From assembly GCF_000189295.2 (NCBI RefSeq), contig NC_016803.1, positions 2,970,001-3,002,000 of the forward strand: a stretch of 32,000 nt of DNA, written 5' to 3'. The position numbers and the translations under genes are program-made. Source of the stretch: Pseudodesulfovibrio mercurii. GTDB taxonomy: Bacteria > Desulfobacterota > Desulfovibrionia > Desulfovibrionales > Desulfovibrionaceae. The notes beneath the pieces are model-generated. The model worked only from the letters and a program-made list of their open reading frames with translations. It did no database searches and was not told the DNA's origin. Shown here in pieces: positions 17,426 through 24,301 of this stretch (positions are counted from its first letter, which is position 1; each line of letters begins with the position of its first letter).

Positions 17426-18787
17426 ATGACCCCGGTTCCACCGCCCGCTCCCAAAGATGACGACGCCGATGTGCGCGACGTGCTGAACGAACCCGCTGCC
17501 GACGAGGGCTTCGACCCCGATACCGTGGACGCGGACTTCGAACAGGAGCTCGAGGACCTCTTCGCCGACGACCTCGAAGACGCTCCCGTCGTGGACGAGA
17601 GCGGCGGTCCCATCGTGCTGGACGACCAGGTGGAAACCCCGAAACCGGCCCCGCAGGCCGCCCCCGAGGCCGGGGACGACGACCTGCTGGTCCTGGACGA
17701 GGTCGTGGAGGAAGCCCCGAACGGCGGGGATGAAGGCGGGGAGGAGGACGACCTGCTCCTCCTGGACGACCTGGCCGAAGAGTCCGACGGGGACGACGAC
17801 CTGATCGTCCTCGACGAGGTGGTCGAGCTGGTCGAGCGGGCCGACGCCGAAAAGGCCGCCGCAAAGAGCGCGCCCAACGGTGCGGAGGCCGAGGCCCTGG
17901 TGGCGGACATCGCCGAGGACAATCAGGCGGAGGAGCCCGAGGACGAGGAGATCATCGATCTGGACGACCTGATCGAGGAACCCGAGGCCGAGCCCGTTGC
18001 CGAACCTGCCGACGAAGCCGCCGAAGAAGAGCCGCTCATCGACCTGGACGACCTGATCGAGGAAGAGGTCCAGGCCGAACCCGAAGAAGAAATTTCCCTC
18101 GACGTCGAGGTCCCGGACCTGGACGAGGACCTGGATCCGGATCTGCTGGCCTCGGTCATGGACGATGAGCCCGCGCCCGAGATGCCCGTGGCCGAGCCCG
18201 AGAGTTCCGTGGAAGAGGCCATGGACGCCGACGCCCTGGACGCGATCATGGACGAGCCCGAAGGCGAGGAGCCCGAACCGTTCGAGGAGCCCGCGGGGCC
18301 CGTGGTCGTGGACGGCAACGTCTTCGCCGACCTGGCCGCCGAGGCCGTCGAAGCGCCGGTGGACGCCGAACTGACCGGCCTGGACCAGCTTGAGGACGAC
18401 GACATCGAGGACGTGGACAGCCTGCTGGACAACGTCGAGGTGGACGTGTCCGGGGTGGTGGACGCCGAGGAGGCGGAGGCCGACCTGGACGACGACCTGG
18501 TCATGGACCTGGAAGAAGGGTCCCTGGACGAGGTCCTGGCCGCCGAGGCCATGCCGCCCGACGCTGGAATGGACGTGGAAGAGGACGTGGCCCTGCTCCT
18601 GGCCGAGACCCACGGGGAGGACGAGCCCACCCTGGAGAGCCTCCAGGCCAAGGTCCGCCAGCTTGAGGGCCGCGTGGAGGAGCTGGAGCACCGCCTGCGC
18701 GAGGAGATCGCCCAGCTCGTGCCCGCCGAGGCGGCCAAGATTATCCGCGAAGAGATCGCCGCCTTGGCGGCTGATTTGGATGACTGA
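17426..18787 (+). CDS. hyper-acidic repeat protein with a C-terminal coiled coil (453 aa), no signal peptide
   Basis: GGAGG lies 7 nt upstream of the ATG, and this frame is GC3-rich. By hand count there are about 167 Asp+Glu against 13 Lys+Arg. At least 6 copies of an acidic amphipathic motif occur, such as DDLLVLDEVVEE and IDLDDLIEE. The last ~50 aa are heptad-like (LQAKVRQLEGRVEELEHRLREEIAQL). Confidence 0.75.
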   Translation: MTPVPPPAPKDDDADVRDVLNEPAADEGFDPDTVDADFEQELEDLFADDLEDAPVVDESGGPIVLDDQVETPKPAPQAAPEAGDDDLLVLDEVVEEAPNGGDEGGEEDDLLLLDDLAEESDGDDDLIVLDEVVELVERADAEKAAAKSAPNGAEAEALVADIAEDNQAEEPEDEEIIDLDDLIEEPEAEPVAEPADEAAEEEPLIDLDDLIEEEVQAEPEEEISLDVEVPDLDEDLDPDLLASVMDDEPAPEMPVAEPESSVEEAMDADALDAIMDEPEGEEPEPFEEPAGPVVVDGNVFADLAAEAVEAPVDAELTGLDQLEDDDIEDVDSLLDNVEVDVSGVVDAEEAEADLDDDLVMDLEEGSLDEVLAAEAMPPDAGMDVEEDVALLLAETHGEDEPTLESLQAKVRQLEGRVEELEHRLREEIAQLVPAEAAKIIREEIAALAADLDD

Positions 18788-18790
18788 CCA

Positions 18791-18914
18791 AAGCGGCTTG
18801 CGATAGCGGGCCATCTGCACATTTTTCGAGGGCCCGTTTGATCCTCACGTAGAAGGCTACGCTGCGGTCAAACGGGCCCTCGAAAAATGCACAGCTGACC
18901 CACTCTCCCAAGCC
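18791..18914 (+). repeat. H module copy 1: bipartite long hairpin with conserved flanks
   Basis: A perfect 22-bp stem pairs 18820-18841 with 18868-18889. The 26-nt insert contains an inner hairpin CGTAG-AAGG-CTACG (18848-18861). The flanks GCGGCTTGCGATAGCGG and AAAATGCACAGCTGACCCACTCTCCCAAGCC recur at 24444-24566. Confidence 0.8.
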
Positions 18915-19132
18915 TATCCCGAGCGCGGAGAGCCGCTGTCGGGTGGCTGCGCCGCCCGAATCGCTCCAGAAGAGGGAAGAATGAAGATGAGGCCTTGCCG
19001 GGTGCGGCAGGGTCTTTTTTTATGCGTTCGATCCCAATGGGGCAGCGAAAAATGCACGGCTGACCCACTCTCCCAAGCCTGTTTCGAGCGCGGGGGGAGA
19101 GCCGCTGTCGGGTGGCTGCGCCGCCCGGATCG
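18881..19132 (+). repeat. 83/87-nt direct repeat pair (18881-18963 and 19046-19132), each comprising an H-module 3' flank plus a G-module hairpin
   Basis: The repeated unit is CGAAAAATGCAC(A/G)GCTGACCCACTCTCCCAAGCCT...GAGCGCGG..AGAGCCGCTGTCGGGTGGCTGCGCCGCCCG(A/G)ATCG. The copies differ by a few substitutions and a 4-nt indel. The G hairpins CGGGTGG-CTGCG-CCGCCCG lie within 18928-18958 and 19097-19127. Confidence 0.8.
18991..19021 (+). terminator. canonical intrinsic terminator inside the long spacer, 204 nt after the acidic-protein stop
   Basis: A CCTTGCCG-GGTG-CGGCAGGG stem (8 bp including one G-T pair) is followed by TCTTTTTTT (T-run 19015-19021). Confidence 0.65.
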
Positions 19133-19182
19133 TTTCATTTGGGGGAGGGAGGCCCTTGTTGGCCGGGGTAATCGCGCTTGCA

Positions 19183-19287
19183 ACCCGCGAAGCGGCGACA
19201 AAAAGTTTGGGAGAGTCCAGAGAACCCTTTTCAAAGGGTTCTCTGGCCGCCGGAGGCATCCGCTCGGCGATGGGCCGCCGGAGGCAT
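19183..19287 (-). repeat. T module copy 1, abutting the selO stop codon
   Basis: In the minus sense, the stop TGA overlaps ATGCCTCCGGCGGCC, which is present twice (19273-19287 and 19245-19259). A perfect 13-bp hairpin (19217-19229/19234-19246) follows, then ACTCTCCCAAACTTTTTGTCGCCGCTTCGCGGG. Confidence 0.8.
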
Positions 19288-20732
19288 CAGGTGCCGCAGA
19301 AGGTTTGGGTGACGCGCTCCTCGGGGCGGGGCGGGGTGGCGTATGCGTTGTTTTCGGGCTGATCGTCGAAGGGGCGGGCCAGGACGTCGATGAGCCGGTG
19401 GGTGGGGGCGAAGTCGCCGGTCACGGCCGCCCGGATGGCCTGCTCGATGCGGTGGTTGCGCGGGATGAAGGCCGGGTTGGCGGCGCGCATGACGGCGCGG
19501 GCGGTGTCGGCGGAGCCGGTGTCGGTCAGGCGCCTGAGCCAGTCGTTGAGCCAGGCGGCGATGTCGGGCGTGGCGAACGGGGCGGTGAACGTGGCCGGGG
19601 CGGCCTGGGCATCGGCAAGCGACCGGAAGGTGTTGGTGAAGTCGGTCCGGCCGGTGCGCATGAGTTCGAGGAGCCGCCGGGCCAGCCCGAAGGACTCGTC
19701 GTCGCCTGGCAGACCGATCTTGCGGCACAGCTCGCGGCGGTAGTGGCCGGTGAAGGCCGGGATGAAGCCGTCGAGGACCGTTTCGCCGATTTCGCGGGCG
19801 CGGGTCTCGTCCGGATCGAGCAGGGGCAGGAGGCAGCCGCCCAGGCAGGCCAGGTTCCAGGTTATGATGTTCGGCTGCCGGTTGAAGGCGTAGCGCCCGA
19901 ACTGGTCGATGGAGCTGAACACCGCGTCGGGGTCGTAGCGGTCCAGGAAGGCGCACGGGCCGTAGTCGATGGTCTCGCCGCTCACGGCGGTGTTGTCCGT
20001 GTTCATGACCCCGTGCACGAAGCCGAGGCAGAGCCACCGGGCCATGAGTTCGGCCTGGGCCGCACACACGGACTCGAAGAGGGCTTGGTACGGGTTGGCC
20101 GCCTGGCGCGCCTCGGGGTGGTTGCGTTCGATGACGTGGTCGGCCAGCAGGCGCAACTCGGGCTCCATGCGCCGGGCCGCGAAGTATTCGAAGGTGCCCA
20201 CGCGCACGAATCCCGAGGCCACGCGGGTGATGACCGCGCCGGGCAGTTCGTCCTCGCGGAACACGGGCTGGCCCGTGGCGGCCATGGCCAGGGCGCGGGT
20301 GGTGGGCACGCCCAGGGCGTGCATGGCCTCGCTGACCACGTACTCGCGGATGACCGGGCCGAGCGGGGCGCGGCCGTCGCCGCCGCGCGAGAACCGGGTT
20401 CGGCCCGACCCCTTGAACTGGATGTCGAACCGCTCGCCCGCCGCGTTGACCACCTCGCCCAGGAGGTGCGCCCGACCGTCGCCGAGCTGGGGCACGAACT
20501 GGCCGAACTGGTGGCCCGCGTAGGCCTGGGCGACGGGCTCGGCCCCCGGCAGGATGCGGTTGCCGGTGAACACGGCGGCCAGGTCAGCCTCGTCGCCGGG
20601 CAGGTCGAGTTCCATCCGTTCGGCCAGGGGACGGTTCAGGCGGATGAGCGTGGGCGCGGCCACCGGCTCGGGGTCGATGCGCTGGAAAAAGGGGGCGGGC
20701 AGGTGGGCGTAGGTATTGAGGAAGCGCATCAT
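19287..20732 (-). CDS. selO: protein adenylyltransferase SelO (YdiU family pseudokinase-fold AMPylase)
   Basis: The N-terminal region reads MMRFLNTYAHLPAPFF...AQAYAGHQFGQFVPQLGDGRAHLLGEV, and the catalytic-region motif is HGVMNTDNTAVSGETIDYGP. The C-terminus ...TFCGT places Cys at the position of Sec in eukaryotic SELENOO. The start ATG overlaps the upstream stop (ATGA). The ORF-track extension to 21305 runs out of frame through the upstream gene. Confidence 0.9.
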   Translation of the reverse strand: MMRFLNTYAHLPAPFFQRIDPEPVAAPTLIRLNRPLAERMELDLPGDEADLAAVFTGNRILPGAEPVAQAYAGHQFGQFVPQLGDGRAHLLGEVVNAAGERFDIQFKGSGRTRFSRGGDGRAPLGPVIREYVVSEAMHALGVPTTRALAMAATGQPVFREDELPGAVITRVASGFVRVGTFEYFAARRMEPELRLLADHVIERNHPEARQAANPYQALFESVCAAQAELMARWLCLGFVHGVMNTDNTAVSGETIDYGPCAFLDRYDPDAVFSSIDQFGRYAFNRQPNIITWNLACLGGCLLPLLDPDETRAREIGETVLDGFIPAFTGHYRRELCRKIGLPGDDESFGLARRLLELMRTGRTDFTNTFRSLADAQAAPATFTAPFATPDIAAWLNDWLRRLTDTGSADTARAVMRAANPAFIPRNHRIEQAIRAAVTGDFAPTHRLIDVLARPFDDQPENNAYATPPRPEERVTQTFCGT

Positions 20733-21670
20733 TCTCCGAGCAGTTTTTGCCAGGCCGGGAGCAGGGTGTCCAGGGAGTTGGCCAGCAGGCGCATGTAGTG
20801 AACCTCGATTCCGATCATCTCCTCGTCCTTGCGGCGCAGCCATTCGGACATCCAGGCGAAGCGCAGGCCGAGGAGCAGTTCGGGCAGCAGGGCGAAGGCG
20901 TCCCGGTCCAGGCACAGCCCCCGGCGCAGGGTGTGCAGCAGGGCCGGGGCCAGGCCGCGCACCAGGGCGTGGGGGTCTTCGATGCCCACGCAGCCCAGGC
21001 AGTTGGCCGCGTCGAACAGGCAGGGCCGGATGCCCGCGAACTCCCAGTCGATGACGGCCACGGCGGCCCGGCCGTGCCAGATGACGTTCAGGGGGTGAAA
21101 ATCGCCGTGGCACAACGCGGTGGTCAGGCCGGGCCAGGCCTCGAAGAGCGGGGCCAGGGCGGGCAATACCGGGATCAGGTCCCTGTGCAGGTCCGGGCGG
21201 CGTTCGGCCATGAGGGTCAGGAGCTCGTTGACGTACGCCTCCAGGACAAAGGGCGGCTCGTCGTCGAACTCGCGGACCGTGCCCGAAACCTCGCGCAACC
21301 GGCACAGGAACGCGCCCAGGCTTTCGCCGCGCGCGCCGTCCTCGATGAATTCGGGCTGGGGCAGGGGGTCGCCGGGCACGTAAGGGGAGAGCTGTAGATA
21401 CCGGCCGTCGTGCTCGACCACGAACCGGCCGTCCGGTCCGGCCAGGTAGGCTGGCACGGGCAGCCCGGCGCGGGACAGCCCGTCCAGGGCGCGGCCGATG
21501 CGCTCACGCCGTTCGAACTGGCCCGGCCGCAGGGTCTCGAGCATCCAGATCCGGCCCCGGCCGTCCTCCAGGGCGCGGCGCGACAGGCAGCGCTCCGGGC
21601 TGCCGGGCAGGACGATATCCGTGCGCTGGCGGCCCGGAGGCAGTCCCCAGAGGGAGAGCAGGTTGGTCAT
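20729..21670 (-). CDS. APH/choline-kinase-fold phosphotransferase family protein
   Basis: The Brenner-type catalytic motif is HGDFHPLNVIW, and the metal-binding motif is VIDWEFAG. The stop overlaps the selO start. Confidence 0.85.
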   Translation of the reverse strand: MTNLLSLWGLPPGRQRTDIVLPGSPERCLSRRALEDGRGRIWMLETLRPGQFERRERIGRALDGLSRAGLPVPAYLAGPDGRFVVEHDGRYLQLSPYVPGDPLPQPEFIEDGARGESLGAFLCRLREVSGTVREFDDEPPFVLEAYVNELLTLMAERRPDLHRDLIPVLPALAPLFEAWPGLTTALCHGDFHPLNVIWHGRAAVAVIDWEFAGIRPCLFDAANCLGCVGIEDPHALVRGLAPALLHTLRRGLCLDRDAFALLPELLLGLRFAWMSEWLRRKDEEMIGIEVHYMRLLANSLDTLLPAWQKLLGE

Positions 21671-21677
21671 GCCGGGC

Positions 21678-22211
21678 CTAGCGCATGCCCACGGCGGTCA
21701 TGAGCGCGTCCATGTTGTCGCGGATGACGGCCTGTTCCGAGGCCGGGACCTGCTTGTCCACCTCGGCCTTGAAGGCGTCCACCTGGCCGCCGACCTGCTG
21801 GGACATCATCTGCTCCATGGCCTTGCGCTGGTCCTCGGGCAGGTCCTTGAACTGGTCCTGCAACTGCGCGGTCATGCCCTGCATCTGCTCGTAGTTGGCC
21901 ATGACCATGGCGTGGCCGTAGATGTACAGGAAGCGGTTCTCGTCCCAGCCGTGGGAGGCGATGGCGCTCTTGACCGCCGCGCTCATGCCCACGCCCGAGC
22001 CGTCGCCGGCGTTCTGCGCGGTCAGGCCGGGAATCTCCGGCAGGACCTTGAGGAATTTCTTGAATTCGGCCGCGTCAAAGGGACCGCCCACGGCCTGGAC
22101 GACCTCCTTGCCTTCCTCGGACAGCTTGGGATCGTCGGCCACGTCGTTGCCGCAGGCGGCAAGGCAACACAGGACCAGCAGGGACAGCAAGGCGGAGGTC
22201 AGGGCTCTCAT
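21678..22211 (-). CDS. Met-rich lipoprotein (177 aa)
   Basis: The signal peptide with lipobox is MRALTSALLSLLVLCCLAAC, and AAGGAG lies upstream. By hand count there are 11 Met in the mature part, mostly in the C-terminal half (HAMVMANYEQMQGM, KAMEQMMSQQ). The gene ends 7 nt before the phosphotransferase start. Confidence 0.75.
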   Translation of the reverse strand: MRALTSALLSLLVLCCLAACGNDVADDPKLSEEGKEVVQAVGGPFDAAEFKKFLKVLPEIPGLTAQNAGDGSGVGMSAAVKSAIASHGWDENRFLYIYGHAMVMANYEQMQGMTAQLQDQFKDLPEDQRKAMEQMMSQQVGGQVDAFKAEVDKQVPASEQAVIRDNMDALMTAVGMR

Positions 22212-22246
22212 GGGATGCTCCTTGAAAAAAAGGTTTCGTATTACAG

Positions 22247-22275
22247 GCTATAGGGGGATGCGCCTTTTTCGTCAA
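22247..22275 (-). promoter_or_regulatory. candidate promoter for the lipoprotein / phosphotransferase / selO operon
   Basis: The minus strand reads TTGACG-17 nt-TATAGC, about 35 nt upstream of the ATG at 22211. Confidence 0.4.
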
Positions 22276-22307
22276 CCCGGGCCCGCCGTCGGCTCGGCCC
22301 GGCGCGG

Positions 22308-22967
22308 TCACTCGACCCAATGGAAGACCGGGGCGCTCTCGTCAAAGGGCTCGGACAGGGAGGCCAGGCGCTCATGGACGAAGGTCCGCTCGGCGGCGGT
22401 GGAGGTTTCCGCCCTGTGCCGGTCCAGTTCGCGCATGTTCTTCTCCATGTAGGCATGGGTGTTCCGGAGTTGTTCGAGCTTCGAGGGCGAGGGGGATTGG
22501 CCCATCTCCCGTTCGAGGCGCGCCAGGGACTCCCGGTAGCCGCGCATGCGCAGGGCGTCGAGGAAGAGCTGGAAGACGTGGTCGTAGCGGGCCGGGTCCC
22601 AGCCCAGCTCGACGCTCTTCTCCCTCTTGGCCCGGCCGACGAGCCGTTCCTTCTCCCTGAGGTCCATGATGCCCAGGGAATCGCGGACCTCCCGGCCCCG
22701 TTCCTGGACCAGCCGGTTGTCGTGGACGAACCTGTCGGCCTCCCCGGCCGTGAGCGGGGCTTGCCTGTCCGGGCCGCAACCCCACAGCGGCAGGGCCGCC
22801 AGGAGCAGGAGGAGCAGGCCGAGCAGCAGGCCGAGCAGCCGGTCGAGGCCGGAGGCGGCGTTTCCGGCCAAGGGCCGGGCCGGGCGGTGGGCATTGTCGG
22901 GGAGCGCGTCCGCAACGGGACACGCGAAAAGGGCCGCAGGAAGGGTCGGGTACGCCGGACGTTGCAC
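22308..22967 (-). CDS. putative lipoprotein with a charged helical C-terminal region; start uncertain
   Basis: The hydrophobic core LLGLLLGLLLLLLAALPLWGC ends in a lipobox. GTG at 22967 has AAGGAGAG 4 nt upstream and lies downstream of the predicted promoter. ATG at 23000 has no SD and overlaps the predicted transcription start. TTG at 22871 would give a canonical short signal peptide but has no SD. Confidence 0.6.
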   Translation of the reverse strand: MQRPAYPTLPAALFACPVADALPDNAHRPARPLAGNAASGLDRLLGLLLGLLLLLLAALPLWGCGPDRQAPLTAGEADRFVHDNRLVQERGREVRDSLGIMDLREKERLVGRAKREKSVELGWDPARYDHVFQLFLDALRMRGYRESLARLEREMGQSPSPSKLEQLRNTHAYMEKNMRELDRHRAETSTAAERTFVHERLASLSEPFDESAPVFHWVE

Positions 22968-23002
22968 CGGTCTCTCCTTTGTCGGCAGCACAGAGCCCAT
23001 TA

Positions 23003-23031
23003 CCTATAGACAATGGCAAGAAAAGCGTCAA
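23003..23031 (-). promoter_or_regulatory. candidate promoter for the 22308-22967 gene
   Basis: The minus strand reads TTGACG-17 nt-TATAGG. The predicted transcription start falls at about 22996-23000. Confidence 0.4.
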
Positions 23032-23143
23032 ACCCTCGGGGCGACGGGCCGGGCCGGAACGCGTCCGGGGTTTTATTCCGCCGGGAAGTCGGCTATGGTT
23101 CGAGCCTGTCGCCATCCCACCGTTTCAACCGGAGAGTATCCCC

Positions 23144-24301
23144 ATGTCGCTGAACGTGAGCAAACGCAGGCCGCTGGTGGCCCAGTCCGAAATCCGCAAC
23201 ATGACCCTGGAATGCGCCCGCGTGTCGGGCGTGAACCTGGCCCAGGGCGTGTGCGACCTGCCCGTGCCCGAGCCGGTCATCCGGGGGGCCGAGGAGGCCA
23301 TGCGCGCGGGCACCAACATCTATACCCGCTTCGACGGCCTGCCCCGGCTGCGCGCGGCCATCGCGGCCAAGCAGCGCCGCTTCACCGGCATGGACCTGGA
23401 CCCGGACGGCCAGGTGGTCGCCACCTGCGGGGCCACGGGCGCGTTCTATGCCGCCTGCCTGGCCCTGCTCGACGAGGGCGACGAGGTTCTGGTCTTCGAG
23501 CCCTACTACGGCTACCACATCGTGACCATGGTCTCGCTCGGCATCAAGCCGGTCTACGTCACCCTGGAACCGCCGGAATGGGGTTTCGCGGCGCAGGACC
23601 TGGAGCGGGCCGTGACCGCGAAAACGCGGGCCATCGTCCTGAACACCCCGTCCAACCCGGCGGGCAAGGTCTTCGACCGCGAGGAGCTCTCCGTCATCGC
23701 CGACTTCGCCGAGGCCCACGACCTGTTCGTCTTCACCGACGAAATCTACGAGCACTTCGTCTTCGACGGCCGTGAGCACATCGCCCCGGCCACCCTGCCG
23801 GGCATGGCCCGCCGGACCATCACCATCTCGGGACTGTCCAAGGTCTTCGCCATCACCGGCTGGCGGCTGGGCTACGCCCTGTGCGACCCCGAGTGGGCTC
23901 TGGCCATCGGCCACTTCAGCGATCTGGTCTACGTCTGCGCACCCGCGCCGCTCCAGATCGGCGCGGCCACGGGGCTGGAGGAACTCGGGCCGGACTACTA
24001 CCGGGGCGTGTCCGACGAGCATCAGATGAAGCGGGACCGTTTCTGCGACACCCTGCGGGCCATCGGCCTGACCCCGCACGTCCCGGCCGGGGCCTACTAC
24101 ACCCTGGCCGACGTGACCCGGCTACCCGGCGCAACCGCCAAGGAACGCGCCCTGTACCTGCTGGAAAAAACCGGCGTGGCCTGCGTGCCGGGCTCGGCCT
24201 TCTACTCCGGCCCGGTGGGCGAAACCCTGGCGCGCTTCTGCTTCGCCAAGGAAATGGACGTCCTCGAAGACGCCATGCAGCGCCTGCGGCGGCTGGGATA
24301 G
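23144..24301 (+). CDS. PLP-dependent class I/II aminotransferase (YbdL/kynurenine-aminotransferase-like)
   Basis: GGAGAG lies 7 nt upstream of the ATG. The motifs are LNTPSNPAGKVF and the PLP lysine in SGLSKVFAITGWRLGY. Confidence 0.9.
   Translation: MSLNVSKRRPLVAQSEIRNMTLECARVSGVNLAQGVCDLPVPEPVIRGAEEAMRAGTNIYTRFDGLPRLRAAIAAKQRRFTGMDLDPDGQVVATCGATGAFYAACLALLDEGDEVLVFEPYYGYHIVTMVSLGIKPVYVTLEPPEWGFAAQDLERAVTAKTRAIVLNTPSNPAGKVFDREELSVIADFAEAHDLFVFTDEIYEHFVFDGREHIAPATLPGMARRTITISGLSKVFAITGWRLGYALCDPEWALAIGHFSDLVYVCAPAPLQIGAATGLEELGPDYYRGVSDEHQMKRDRFCDTLRAIGLTPHVPAGAYYTLADVTRLPGATAKERALYLLEKTGVACVPGSAFYSGPVGETLARFCFAKEMDVLEDAMQRLRRLG

Noticed and set aside
17360-18822. Two long minus-strand ORFs (486 aa and 299 aa, one Ser-rich) opposite the acidic-protein gene.
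   Set aside because: They are mirror images of GAN/GAR-rich codons. Only the plus frame has GC3-rich codon usage, an SD and a sensible C-terminal coiled coil.
19020-19259. Small ORFs starting with MPPAA inside each T module (for example the 79-aa ORF 19020-19259), suggesting a conserved peptide.
   Set aside because: The three copies lose the reading frame relative to each other through indels in the hairpin, while base pairing is perfectly kept. Conservation is therefore at the nucleic-acid-structure level, not the peptide level, and no consistent SD is present.
18788-19286. Possible CRISPR array, because of repeated units in the long spacers.
   Set aside because: There are only two direct copies, at irregular spacing. 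The units are 83-87 nt, and no cas genes or leader-like AT-rich region are present.
19287-19289. Selenocysteine recoding at the SelO C-terminus.
   Set aside because: The protein has Cys (TGC) at the Sec-equivalent position. The TGA here is the true stop and is followed by the T-module repeat, not by further coding sequence.
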